The position numbers and the translations under genes were made by a program. The notes under the pieces were generated by a model. That model had not been told where the DNA came from. It searched no databases and was given only the letters and a program-made list of their open reading frames with translations. 27,995 nucleotides of DNA, taken from the IMG/VR virus record IMGVR_UViG_3300032006_000066, positions 1 through 27,995 of that record. The stretch is one strand, 5' to 3'. This DNA comes from a virus (lineage: Duplodnaviria > Caudoviricetes). Positions 8,263-17,022 of the stretch are shown piece by piece; position 1 is the stretch's first letter; each line of letters opens with the position of its first letter.

Positions 8263-9648
8263 TTATTGGTATCTGTACCTAACCATTACTATACCTGAAC
8301 CACCTGTACCTCCACCTGAAGCACCACCACCACCACCAGTATTAGCATCACCATTTTGGTCTGAAGGGAAAGGACCACTATTATTTTTACCAATTCCACC
8401 ACCACCTGCTCCTGCTGATCCTGTTGTTCCAGAACAAGAACCTGCAGCCCCTCCACCAGCGAAATATCTTGTACTAGAAACTGGACCTGGCGTACCATAA
8501 GTTGGTGCACAAGCTGTTTTTATAAATCCATCAGGAATATAAGAACCTACGCCACCTGCTCCACCTATTTGTGGACCTCCGTGTGGACTACAATCTGATA
8601 ATCCATTACAAGTTCCATTACTACCTGCTCCACCTGCTCCACCACCACCTCCAGCTGTTCCATAAGACCCACGACCTGCTGGATTACCTTGTGGTGGACT
8701 TGTAGGAGGAGTATTTCCTGTTCCTTGACCAGACGGAGGTCTATCATATCCTGATGAACCTCCTGATCCACCTGGACCTCCTTGACCAGTAGGTGCTGGT
8801 TCTGCATTTCCATATCCTCCACCTGTTGATGTTATTCCTACACCTGTTGAATTAGAACCATTATTACCTTTATAAGCACCAATTCCAGGTGCACTAGGAT
8901 TTGCTGCACCACCTGCACCAACAGAAATTGGATAAGTTGAAACACTAGCACATACTCCTGCTGGAGCATTTAATGGAGAACCTGCTGGGTCTAAAGATGT
9001 ATAATATCTAAAACCCCCTGCACCACCTGCCCCATAATATCCTCCTGCTGAACCACCCCCAGCTACTACTAAATATTCTAACTTATTAAATGCTGGGCTT
9101 CCTATTGAAGAAACTGCAAAACAACCATCTGCTGTAAAAACGTGTGTCTTATAATTTCCACAAGTTAATGTTGCATTTCCTCCACTAGCACTAATAAATG
9201 CTTCTCCTGAAACACTTGATGTTGAGTCGTGAATATCTTGCCAACCTTTTGTTCCATCTACATAGACTAAAGTTACTGATTGTGATTGTGTTGATAATGT
9301 TGCACAAGCACATATACCATTAATTTTTGAACCACCTCTGCCTAATGTAACATTATTATCATCCCAAGTACCTGCATAATCTTTTAAAGCTATAATATCT
9401 CCTGCTGTAGGACTTGATGGTAAAGTAACAGTTATTGCTCCTGCTGTTGTATTAATAAAATATCCGTTTCCAGAAACTCCTGTAAGTGGACTTGTTTTAG
9501 CTGTTGTACACCAATCAACAGTTCCTGTTCTACCAAAACCAGATTGTGTTGCACCACAAGCAAGTGTAATTGTAGTTCCTGATTCTCCGAGAGTTAATGT
9601 ACTCCCACATTTTTTTGTAATTGTATTAACTTTAATTGTGCTTGTCAT
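8263..9648 (-). CDS. Glycine-rich tail fibre-like protein, paralog 3
   Basis: 461 aa. MTSTIKVN start, GRTGTVDWCTTAKTSP, VVAGGG, GNTPPTSPPQG, ends GGSGIVMVRYRYQ. Confidence 0.8.
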   Translation of the reverse strand: MTSTIKVNTITKKCGSTLTLGESGTTITLACGATQSGFGRTGTVDWCTTAKTSPLTGVSGNGYFINTTAGAITVTLPSSPTAGDIIALKDYAGTWDDNNVTLGRGGSKINGICACATLSTQSQSVTLVYVDGTKGWQDIHDSTSSVSGEAFISASGGNATLTCGNYKTHVFTADGCFAVSSIGSPAFNKLEYLVVAGGGSAGGYYGAGGAGGFRYYTSLDPAGSPLNAPAGVCASVSTYPISVGAGGAANPSAPGIGAYKGNNGSNSTGVGITSTGGGYGNAEPAPTGQGGPGGSGGSSGYDRPPSGQGTGNTPPTSPPQGNPAGRGSYGTAGGGGGAGGAGSNGTCNGLSDCSPHGGPQIGGAGGVGSYIPDGFIKTACAPTYGTPGPVSSTRYFAGGGAAGSCSGTTGSAGAGGGGIGKNNSGPFPSDQNGDANTGGGGGASGGGTGGSGIVMVRYRYQ

Positions 9649-9658
9649 AATTTAATTC

Positions 9659-11032
9659 CTATTGGTATCTATATCTTACTACTACTATTCCACTTCCTCC
9701 TGCACCTCCAACTCCAGGACTACAACTATCATCAGAACTTCCACCTCCACCACCTGTGTTTACCGTTCCTGCTTTTGTTCCACTTGCCGCACCTCCACCA
9801 CCTGTTGCTGTTCCAGGAGTAGCATTACTGCCTCCTGCTCCACCCCCTGCTCTTTGAGTAGGTGTTGCGTCAATAGAAGATGTAGCTCCTGTACCACCAT
9901 TACCACCTTGTCCTGATGTCGCTGTTGTTCCAGCGGCAGTTGCACCTCCTCCTCCACCTGAAGCTAAATTTGGTGTCGGACCATCAAGTCCATCCCCACC
10001 ATTTGTACCTTGTGCTGGACTTGTTGGTGGAGTGTTGCCAGCTCCTCCAGAACCACTTGATTGTGATGGTCCACCACCACCTGAACCTCCATCTTGTCCG
10101 ACATAAGGTGTTCCTGTACTTCTTCCACCTCCACCTCCTCCTGCAGAAGTGATTGTACTAAAAACTGAATTACCACCACTTCCTCCATAATTAGAAGTAT
10201 TAGGCGCACCTGAACCTCCTGCTCCTACTGTAATTGGGTATGTTGTTGCCGAAACTGTTAAAGCTGTACCTGAATCTAAAGGACTAGCTGTATAAGGATC
10301 ACCACTATTTTTTCCCTCTCTATAACCACCTGCTCCTCCTCCGCCATTTGTATGATCTCCTGGCGAACCATAACTACCACCTCCACCTCCAGCAACCACC
10401 ATATAACTTATTTGATCTCCCTCTCCTCCAGGTGTTCCTATTGATGAAACAGTTAAAGTTCCATCTGCTGTAAATTTATGCCATTTATAATTTCCTGAAG
10501 TTCCGCAAGAATTTCCTCCTGAAGCACTAATAAAAGATAATCCTGTAATATTACTTGTTGAATCTTGTACTGTTTTCCAACCTCTAGTTCCATCTATATA
10601 AACTAAAGTTGCTGATTGACCCTCTGTGTTTAAAAAGGCATCTTCGCAAACACCATTTATTTTTGACCCACCCCTACCGATAGTAACATTATTCGTTGCA
10701 AAAGTGTTTTTGTAATCTGCTATTGAAACAATATCTCCAGCACTTGGACTACTAGGGAGAGTAACTGTAATAGCTCCTCCACAAGTATTAACCATATAAC
10801 CTTTTCCACTTACTGCTGTTAAAGGTGAAGTCTTGGCTGTAGTACACCAATCTACTGTACCTGTTCTTCCGAATCCTGATTGAGTTGCACCTGAAGCTAA
10901 AGAAACTGTTCCACCACAACGACCTAAAGTTAATGTCGTTGCATCTACTGTAACCGTTTTTCCAGAACCTCCACCAATAGTTGCTGTGCAACCTGATTCT
11001 TGTTCTAATTTATTTACTTTTATTGTACTCAT
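9659..11032 (-). CDS. Glycine-rich tail fibre-like protein, paralog 2
   Basis: 457 aa. Same architecture, ends GGSGIVVVRYRYQ. Confidence 0.8.
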   Translation of the reverse strand: MSTIKVNKLEQESGCTATIGGGSGKTVTVDATTLTLGRCGGTVSLASGATQSGFGRTGTVDWCTTAKTSPLTAVSGKGYMVNTCGGAITVTLPSSPSAGDIVSIADYKNTFATNNVTIGRGGSKINGVCEDAFLNTEGQSATLVYIDGTRGWKTVQDSTSNITGLSFISASGGNSCGTSGNYKWHKFTADGTLTVSSIGTPGGEGDQISYMVVAGGGGGSYGSPGDHTNGGGGAGGYREGKNSGDPYTASPLDSGTALTVSATTYPITVGAGGSGAPNTSNYGGSGGNSVFSTITSAGGGGGGRSTGTPYVGQDGGSGGGGPSQSSGSGGAGNTPPTSPAQGTNGGDGLDGPTPNLASGGGGGATAAGTTATSGQGGNGGTGATSSIDATPTQRAGGGAGGSNATPGTATGGGGAASGTKAGTVNTGGGGGSSDDSCSPGVGGAGGSGIVVVRYRYQ

Positions 11033-11042
11033 AATTTAATCT

Positions 11043-12425
11043 CTATTGATACCTGTATCTAATCATTACTATACCTGATCCACCTGCACCTGCCGCACCA
11101 CCTGGCGAATCATATGAACCACCTCCACCACCTCCACCTGTATTAACTGTTCCTGCACCTGCGTTAGTTCCTCCTGGACCACCTCCTGGACCACCAGCTC
11201 CACCTCCTCCTGAACCTCCACTTGGAGTTCCTGTTGGAGCAGATGCCGCGGCACCTCCCCCACCTGCTAAATATCTTGTATCACTTACTGGTCCAGGTGT
11301 TCCATAACTTGGAGCAGTTGTACCTATAAATCCATCAGGAAGATAACTTCCTACTCCTCCTGGACCACCTGTATTTGGATGTGGACTTGGAGTACCAGTA
11401 CCACCAGCACCTCCACCTCCTGCACCTGCATTATTATTTCCAGGTGCTCCTACTCCTCCATCTTGTCCTTGTGGCGGACTAACTGGGGGAGTGTTTCCAC
11501 TTCCTGCTGGTTGTCCTTGTGTACTTCCGCCACCTGAACCTCCATCCCCACCTGCTTCTGGTGAACCACCACCTGCCGCACCCCAACCACCACCTGCAGA
11601 TGTTATTGTTGAAAAAATTGAACTTGCACCTTGACATCCTTTATTTGTAGATCCTCCTACCGAACCACCAGCACCAATTGTAATTGGATAGCTAGTTTCT
11701 GTAACTGTTATTCCTGCAGGAGCAACTAATGGGCTACCTGCTGGACTTAATGCACTAAAATATCTAAATCCTCCAGCACCACCACCACCTGCCATATATG
11801 CAGGGCTACCTCCACCTCCACCGCCACCACCACCAGCAACCACTACATATTCTACTACATTATTAGCTCCTACTGGCGATTCTGTTGATACCGTAAAAGT
11901 TCCATCACCTGTAAAAATATGAGTTTTATAATCTCCACAAGTTACTATTGCATTTCCACCTGATGCACAAATATATAGATTTCCTACCACAGTTGTATCG
12001 GTTTGAGTATTAAGCCAACCTTGAGTAGCATCTACATATATTAAACTTATTGATTGACCTGATGTTTTTAAAGTAGCATCTAAACATTGACCAAAAATCT
12101 TTGAAGAATTTCTCCCTAATGTAACTGACTTACAAGCTGTTGCCCAAGTATCTTTATAATCTTTTAAGGACACAATATCCCCAGCAGTTGGACTTGCTGG
12201 TAAGGTTACAGTAATTGCACCCCCACAAGTATTTACAAAATAACCATTTCCTGAAGTGGCTGTGAATGGAGATGTTTTGGCAGTAGTACACCAGTCCACA
12301 GTACCAGTACGACCCATTCCGCAGGTACTTGCCCCTGTTGCAATTTTAACTGTTTTTCCTGAACTCCCTAATGTTAGGGTAGAACCACATTTAACATCTA
12401 CTTCATTTACTTCTATTTTACTCAT
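11043..12425 (-). CDS. Glycine-rich tail fibre-like protein, paralog 1
   Basis: 460 aa. Same architecture, ends GGSGIVMIRYRYQ. Confidence 0.8.
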   Translation of the reverse strand: MSKIEVNEVDVKCGSTLTLGSSGKTVKIATGASTCGMGRTGTVDWCTTAKTSPFTATSGNGYFVNTCGGAITVTLPASPTAGDIVSLKDYKDTWATACKSVTLGRNSSKIFGQCLDATLKTSGQSISLIYVDATQGWLNTQTDTTVVGNLYICASGGNAIVTCGDYKTHIFTGDGTFTVSTESPVGANNVVEYVVVAGGGGGGGGGSPAYMAGGGGAGGFRYFSALSPAGSPLVAPAGITVTETSYPITIGAGGSVGGSTNKGCQGASSIFSTITSAGGGWGAAGGGSPEAGGDGGSGGGSTQGQPAGSGNTPPVSPPQGQDGGVGAPGNNNAGAGGGGAGGTGTPSPHPNTGGPGGVGSYLPDGFIGTTAPSYGTPGPVSDTRYLAGGGGAAASAPTGTPSGGSGGGGAGGPGGGPGGTNAGAGTVNTGGGGGGGSYDSPGGAAGAGGSGIVMIRYRYQ

Positions 12426-12613
12426 TATACTATTACTACTGTTGCCCCTGATGCTATTGTTAATGTTGATGAAACTGTAAAAGGTCCAGCAAAAACCGCA
12501 TTAGCTTCTGCTTCTATATATACATTTCTTGATAAATCTTTTTTATGATAATTAACTACATTATCTTTTGCTGGTGCTTGTCCAACATAAAATACATATT
12601 CTGCTTCTTGCAT
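12425..12613 (-). CDS. Small fibre adaptor protein
   Basis: 62 aa ending NAVFAGPFTV...GATVVIV. TAATG coupling to the first fibre, SD AGGAG. Confidence 0.65.
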   Translation of the reverse strand: MQEAEYVFYVGQAPAKDNVVNYHKKDLSRNVYIEAEANAVFAGPFTVSSTLTIASGATVVIV

Positions 12614-12622
12614 TTTTATCTC

Positions 12623-12946
12623 CTATGATACGTCTGTTAATAAGCCAACCACAATATCACAATCTCCACCTGATGCACTAGAAGTAGCTTTTAAAGAGTA
12701 TCCTGTTCCTAGAACATATTTACCTCTTAAAATTTCTACTTTACTAGATGGTGGTATTGATACCCCTTTGGCGAATTTATAATCTGTAGAACCGTCATTA
12801 ATATCTACGTCTAAAGTCAAAGCTGATGATCCAGTATTACAAACATTTAAACCTATTAAAATTTGTTTATTTGATGTTGTTGAAACTACTGTTGTTTCAC
12901 TATTGTTAGTTAAAGCGACTTCTACTGCACTAAAATTATTTGCCAT
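12623..12946 (-). CDS. Small beta-rich virion/fibre adaptor protein
   Basis: 107 aa MANNF... all-beta pattern. SD GGAGG, position in tail-fibre module. Confidence 0.65.
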   Translation of the reverse strand: MANNFSAVEVALTNNSETTVVSTTSNKQILIGLNVCNTGSSALTLDVDINDGSTDYKFAKGVSIPPSSKVEILRGKYVLGTGYSLKATSSASGGDCDIVVGLLTDVS

Positions 12947-12950
12947 TTAT

Positions 12951-13277
12951 TTATCCTCCTAAAGCTATTGCGAAAGGAATAGCATTTGGGTCGCTTTCCC
13001 CTTCTATTGAAACTGATGATGGTATTGCGGCAGTACTCCCACTTATAGTAATTTCAAATAATTCTACCCAATTAGCACCATCATAGAATTTATATTTTAA
13101 TTTTCCTGTTGTACCTGTATCACACCAAATTTCTCCAGTAAATGCAGTTGTTCCTGCAGTTACTCCTGGAGCTGTTGCTCCACTATTTGAGGTTGCGGCA
13201 GAATTTAAAACATTGTTTAAATCTGTTCTAAAAGCTGGAAACCCTTGGTTCGCTATTACATAATCGTGTTGTGCCAT
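12951..13277 (-). CDS. Tail fibre anchor protein (baseplate-attachment domain only)
   Basis: MAQHDYVIANQGFPAFRTDLN is a recognisable fibre N-terminal attachment motif, here in a 108-aa protein ending AIALGG. Confidence 0.7.
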   Translation of the reverse strand: MAQHDYVIANQGFPAFRTDLNNVLNSAATSNSGATAPGVTAGTTAFTGEIWCDTGTTGKLKYKFYDGANWVELFEITISGSTAAIPSSVSIEGESDPNAIPFAIALGG

Positions 13278-13312
13278 AATATCCTCATATTTATCATCTT
13301 ATAGTTGTTAAA

Positions 13313-16300
13313 TCAATATCCTTTTGCAATCCAATCAAAAGTTCTTGATACTCCTACTCCTGCTGAAGTAGTAAAAGCTATAACAAATCCAGTAGTCGAT
13401 TTGCTAGTAATATCATATTTATCCCCTGATGCAAGGTTTTGTACTGCTAATCCTAATGCTGGGATAGCTTTGAAAGCTTTAGCAAAGGTAACAGTATAAG
13501 GTGTTGTTAAAGTAGTTATATCATTAGCTGATTCAATTCTATCAGGCATATCAATGGTAATACTACAAGCTGTTATAATAGGTGTTGCACTATTATCTGA
13601 AGAAGTCATTAATATCCTAAATTTAAAGTATCTTGCAGTATAATCACCTACAACAAAAGTAGAGTAAGAAGTATAAGTTACACCATCTGCACTGGTAGCT
13701 ATCTGTAATTCAGAAGCACAATTTGATTCTGCATCTCCGTCAAACGGACCAGTTTGTGCATCAAAGTTTCCTGAAACATTATCAAACAGTCTATCTCTCG
13801 AAGTTACAGTTTGAGTTAATTCACCTGTTAATTGACATTTATAACTTGCTCCTAAATCTATAGGTGCGTCAAAATCATAAGTTCCATCAGATTCTACATT
13901 GTTATCAACTGTACCTCCATCAAAGTTATGAGAAGTTACATCATCAAAATCCCCAACTCCTGAATCAAATAATTCAATAGTATCTAAAACTAAAGCAGGT
14001 GTTCCATCTTCTTTAATAATTCTCACTACATCATCTTTATCTCCTGCCCAATCAGGATTTTGTGTAGATGTAGCTACAGCATTAAAATCTCCAATAGAAT
14101 CTACTGCTGTATATACAACAGTTGCATTAATACTTGGATTACCGAGTTTATCTCTAGCTTTAATTAGATATGCTCCAGTTTTAGCTGGTACAACAACAGA
14201 AGTGGCTGGTCTTGATACTTTTAAAACTAAAGGTACTGAACTACCCCAATCTGCTCCACTAGATACATTTTGGTATCTCAATTCATAATAACTTAAATCT
14301 AAATCTCCTACTGGGTCCCAAGATAAGAAAGCATCTTGGTCAATAATATTACAAGCAAAATTAGTTACATCTGATGGAGGGTCAGTTAAACCAATTACTT
14401 GATATTCACTAGATTCTAAAGATGTAGAATTTACTCCAAATAAATTAACACCTCTTGCTCTTACTTGATAATATGCTTTATCAATTACGTTTAAAAACTC
14501 AAATTTTGTTCTAGCTCCACGACCAATTAATTTATATGTGTCAGAAACTGCAACACCATTTTTATCTTTAGTTTGTTTTAATTCAACTTCATATAATTCT
14601 GTAAATTTATTATTAGGTGCTGATAAATTAATTACTAATTTTACAATTACTGTTCCATCATTATAAGCAACCAATTCATCAGTTATAGTAATTGCTGTTG
14701 GTGGATTAACTGAAGTACCACTAGGTAAGTTGGTTGTTTTACCTGAAGTAATACTTGAATAATCGCTACTTGTATAATCATAAACTGCACTAGCTGTTTC
14801 TCTAAATTCTGCATTAATTAATAAAGCAGGTATTCCTCCTGAATCAGGAGCAGAACCAAATTGCCAACCAGTTAATTCAAAGGTTTTTGCCGACCAACCC
14901 ATTCTAGTGTTAGTAATTTGAACTGTATCTCCAACATCTAATTGAAAAGCATTCATATCAAATGAAGCTGTAAATGTTATTTGCTGTCTTGCTTTCTGTA
15001 ATTGTATTTTTGCTAATCTTTGTACAGTATGTACTGATGTAGTCATTGGAAAATCAATATCAGCATAATTTCTTTCCCCATTATCTTCTGTTTCATAAGT
15101 TGAAGAAGTTAAAAAGGGATAATCTTGTGGTTGATACATATTAGCAGGTTCAGAATAAATACCTTTAACTGCATTAAATAATTCTTTTTTACTTACTCTT
15201 GTATTAATATCTAAACCACTTCTTAAATGTTTTTCTGTTAATGTTACTGTTGGTGTTTGATAAACAGCAGGTAAAAGTTTAAATTGACCATTAGAATAAA
15301 CTAAATTTCCTACTACACTACTTAAATAATTTTCTAATATATTTTTAGGACTTTGACTTATTTGATAACTACCATTACAAGTAAATCTATTTTCTGTTCC
15401 TGAATCTAATGTAACAGTTTCATCACAAGTATTTGCGGCAGTTTGAAAATTAGTATCATTTATTTCTGATGTTCCACATTGTAAACCCCACGTAGTATCC
15501 ATTAAATAATCTCTAATACATAAAGCTGGATTAGAAGAATATTTAGTTACATTATATTTTTGTGTTGTACTTCCTGTGACAGAAGTTAAACTTATTGCTG
15601 TACCTGCTTTGGCATTAGTATAATTAGTAGCTAATTGAATTGTATTAGCATCATCTTTAATAACCCAATATGTCGTTCCATTTGTTAATCCACCTATTGC
15701 TGTTTCTGAATTAGAATCATAAGTCCATCTATCATAAGTAGATAATCCGTGAGCCGTTAAAGTAATTTTATTTGTGCTTGTATTGACTGTTCCACTTGAA
15801 GCTGTCCAGCTTGTTGCTCTAGGGTCATAAACTTTTTTTCCCTCTACTTCTGCTGTTATGTTTGGAACACCGTTTGGAAATACATCAGAATCAAATTCTA
15901 ATCTTACATACATATAAGTTTTACCTCTTAACCTATGTGCTGTTGTCCATTGTGTTACATCAGCTACCAAATTAGCATCAGCTACTTGGTCATCATATCC
16001 AAAATGTTTTTTTATTCTTACTTTTTCATAAAAAGTATCAGAAGATGTTGGGGTATAAATTGGAATACCATTACTATCATTACTTAATGTTTCTAATGCT
16101 ACTTCACTTTCCCCAAAATAAATTTTGGAAATATTGTTTGTTTCGTGTCCAGCCATAACGATAACTATATGTAAATATTGATTATCATCAGTTGTTTCCG
16201 CAAAAACAATATTACCACCTACTCTGGTTTTTCCATTAATCACTCTATAAGGTTGAGTTGGTTCTTTTAATGTAACTGTTGTACTTGGTTCAATAGATGT

Positions 16301-16606
16301 TCCCAATGATGGCATTTCCATATCAGGAGCAAATTTTCTATTTACTGCTGATAATACCAATGTAGTTCCAGCAGAAGCTAAAAATGTAGCCAACATTTTA
16401 GGCATATGATTGGCTAATGCACTTGCTAATGGACCTGTTCCTAATGTTCCTGCCACCCAACCAACACCAACAGCAACAGCTCCTACTACTACTGCTTGTT
16501 TTACTGTATCTCCATCTGCTTTAGCTACAGGACCATAATAATCATAAGAATCTTCTTCTATGACATTATTATATTTATCATATACAATTTTATTATATAT
16601 TTTCAT
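13313..16606 (-). CDS. Central tail tip / host-specificity protein (lambda J-like) with FnIII-type domains
   Basis: GKTRVGG, GKKVYDPR, NPALCIRDYL, RFTCNG, LDVGDTV, FnIII-like YQVRARGVN, ends FDWIAKGY. ATG 16606 has GGAG and an ATGA overlap with the upstream stop. Confidence 0.88.
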   Translation of the reverse strand: MKIYNKIVYDKYNNVIEEDSYDYYGPVAKADGDTVKQAVVVGAVAVGVGWVAGTLGTGPLASALANHMPKMLATFLASAGTTLVLSAVNRKFAPDMEMPSLGTSIEPSTTVTLKEPTQPYRVINGKTRVGGNIVFAETTDDNQYLHIVIVMAGHETNNISKIYFGESEVALETLSNDSNGIPIYTPTSSDTFYEKVRIKKHFGYDDQVADANLVADVTQWTTAHRLRGKTYMYVRLEFDSDVFPNGVPNITAEVEGKKVYDPRATSWTASSGTVNTSTNKITLTAHGLSTYDRWTYDSNSETAIGGLTNGTTYWVIKDDANTIQLATNYTNAKAGTAISLTSVTGSTTQKYNVTKYSSNPALCIRDYLMDTTWGLQCGTSEINDTNFQTAANTCDETVTLDSGTENRFTCNGSYQISQSPKNILENYLSSVVGNLVYSNGQFKLLPAVYQTPTVTLTEKHLRSGLDINTRVSKKELFNAVKGIYSEPANMYQPQDYPFLTSSTYETEDNGERNYADIDFPMTTSVHTVQRLAKIQLQKARQQITFTASFDMNAFQLDVGDTVQITNTRMGWSAKTFELTGWQFGSAPDSGGIPALLINAEFRETASAVYDYTSSDYSSITSGKTTNLPSGTSVNPPTAITITDELVAYNDGTVIVKLVINLSAPNNKFTELYEVELKQTKDKNGVAVSDTYKLIGRGARTKFEFLNVIDKAYYQVRARGVNLFGVNSTSLESSEYQVIGLTDPPSDVTNFACNIIDQDAFLSWDPVGDLDLSYYELRYQNVSSGADWGSSVPLVLKVSRPATSVVVPAKTGAYLIKARDKLGNPSINATVVYTAVDSIGDFNAVATSTQNPDWAGDKDDVVRIIKEDGTPALVLDTIELFDSGVGDFDDVTSHNFDGGTVDNNVESDGTYDFDAPIDLGASYKCQLTGELTQTVTSRDRLFDNVSGNFDAQTGPFDGDAESNCASELQIATSADGVTYTSYSTFVVGDYTARYFKFRILMTSSDNSATPIITACSITIDMPDRIESANDITTLTTPYTVTFAKAFKAIPALGLAVQNLASGDKYDITSKSTTGFVIAFTTSAGVGVSRTFDWIAKGY

Positions 16607-17022
16607 TCTATTCTCCAAGCTAATTTACATTTGTTGTTTGGTACTAAATTTACTCCTTTGCTCCAATTGAACATAGTATTTGAACCAATACAAACACCTA
16701 ATGTTCCTTCAAAATCTACTTCACTTACAAAATATAATACATCTCCTCTTTGTACTTTTGATATATCTATTTGTTTAAAATTATTATTTTCAGCAACCCA
16801 AAGGGCAGCACTTAAAATATCTTTTTTTTTAAGTTTTTTTACTAATTCCTTACCCTCTTTTAAAGATTTCCATTTATGTTTAAAAATTTTTTTATTAGTT
16901 ATTGCCTCTACACATTTTTGAGTAAAGGTAATGCAATCATTTTTACCATACTTGAATTTGTCTTTATTAATGGTTTCTTGAATAACTTTATTTAATTTAG
17001 ATTCCCAATTCTCTACACGCAT
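16603..17022 (-). CDS. NlpC/P60-like tail assembly protein
   Basis: FKYGKNDC, QRGDV, LGVCIG, AWRI. Catalytic His appears absent. Lies between hub and J. Confidence 0.75.
   Translation of the reverse strand: MRVENWESKLNKVIQETINKDKFKYGKNDCITFTQKCVEAITNKKIFKHKWKSLKEGKELVKKLKKKDILSAALWVAENNNFKQIDISKVQRGDVLYFVSEVDFEGTLGVCIGSNTMFNWSKGVNLVPNNKCKLAWRIE

Noticed and set aside
8263-12425. Diversity-generating retroelement or invertible fibre cassette
   Set aside because: No reverse transcriptase or recombinase in the window, no near-identical template/variable repeat pair with adenine-specific differences, and all copies are co-oriented.
8263-12425. True collagen triple-helix repeats
   Set aside because: Gly occurs in runs and short GxG/GGx patterns rather than long uninterrupted Gly-X-Y tracts. 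Collagen is only an analogy for the modification chemistry.
8289-12480. Alternative-frame and antisense ORFs inside the Gly-rich genes (e.g. 8289..8510, 8565..8822, 9662..9916, 9964..10209, 11069..11263)
   Set aside because: Val/Glu/Gln-rich or Thr/Cys-rich shadows of repeated GGT/GGA codons, which lack stops in other frames.
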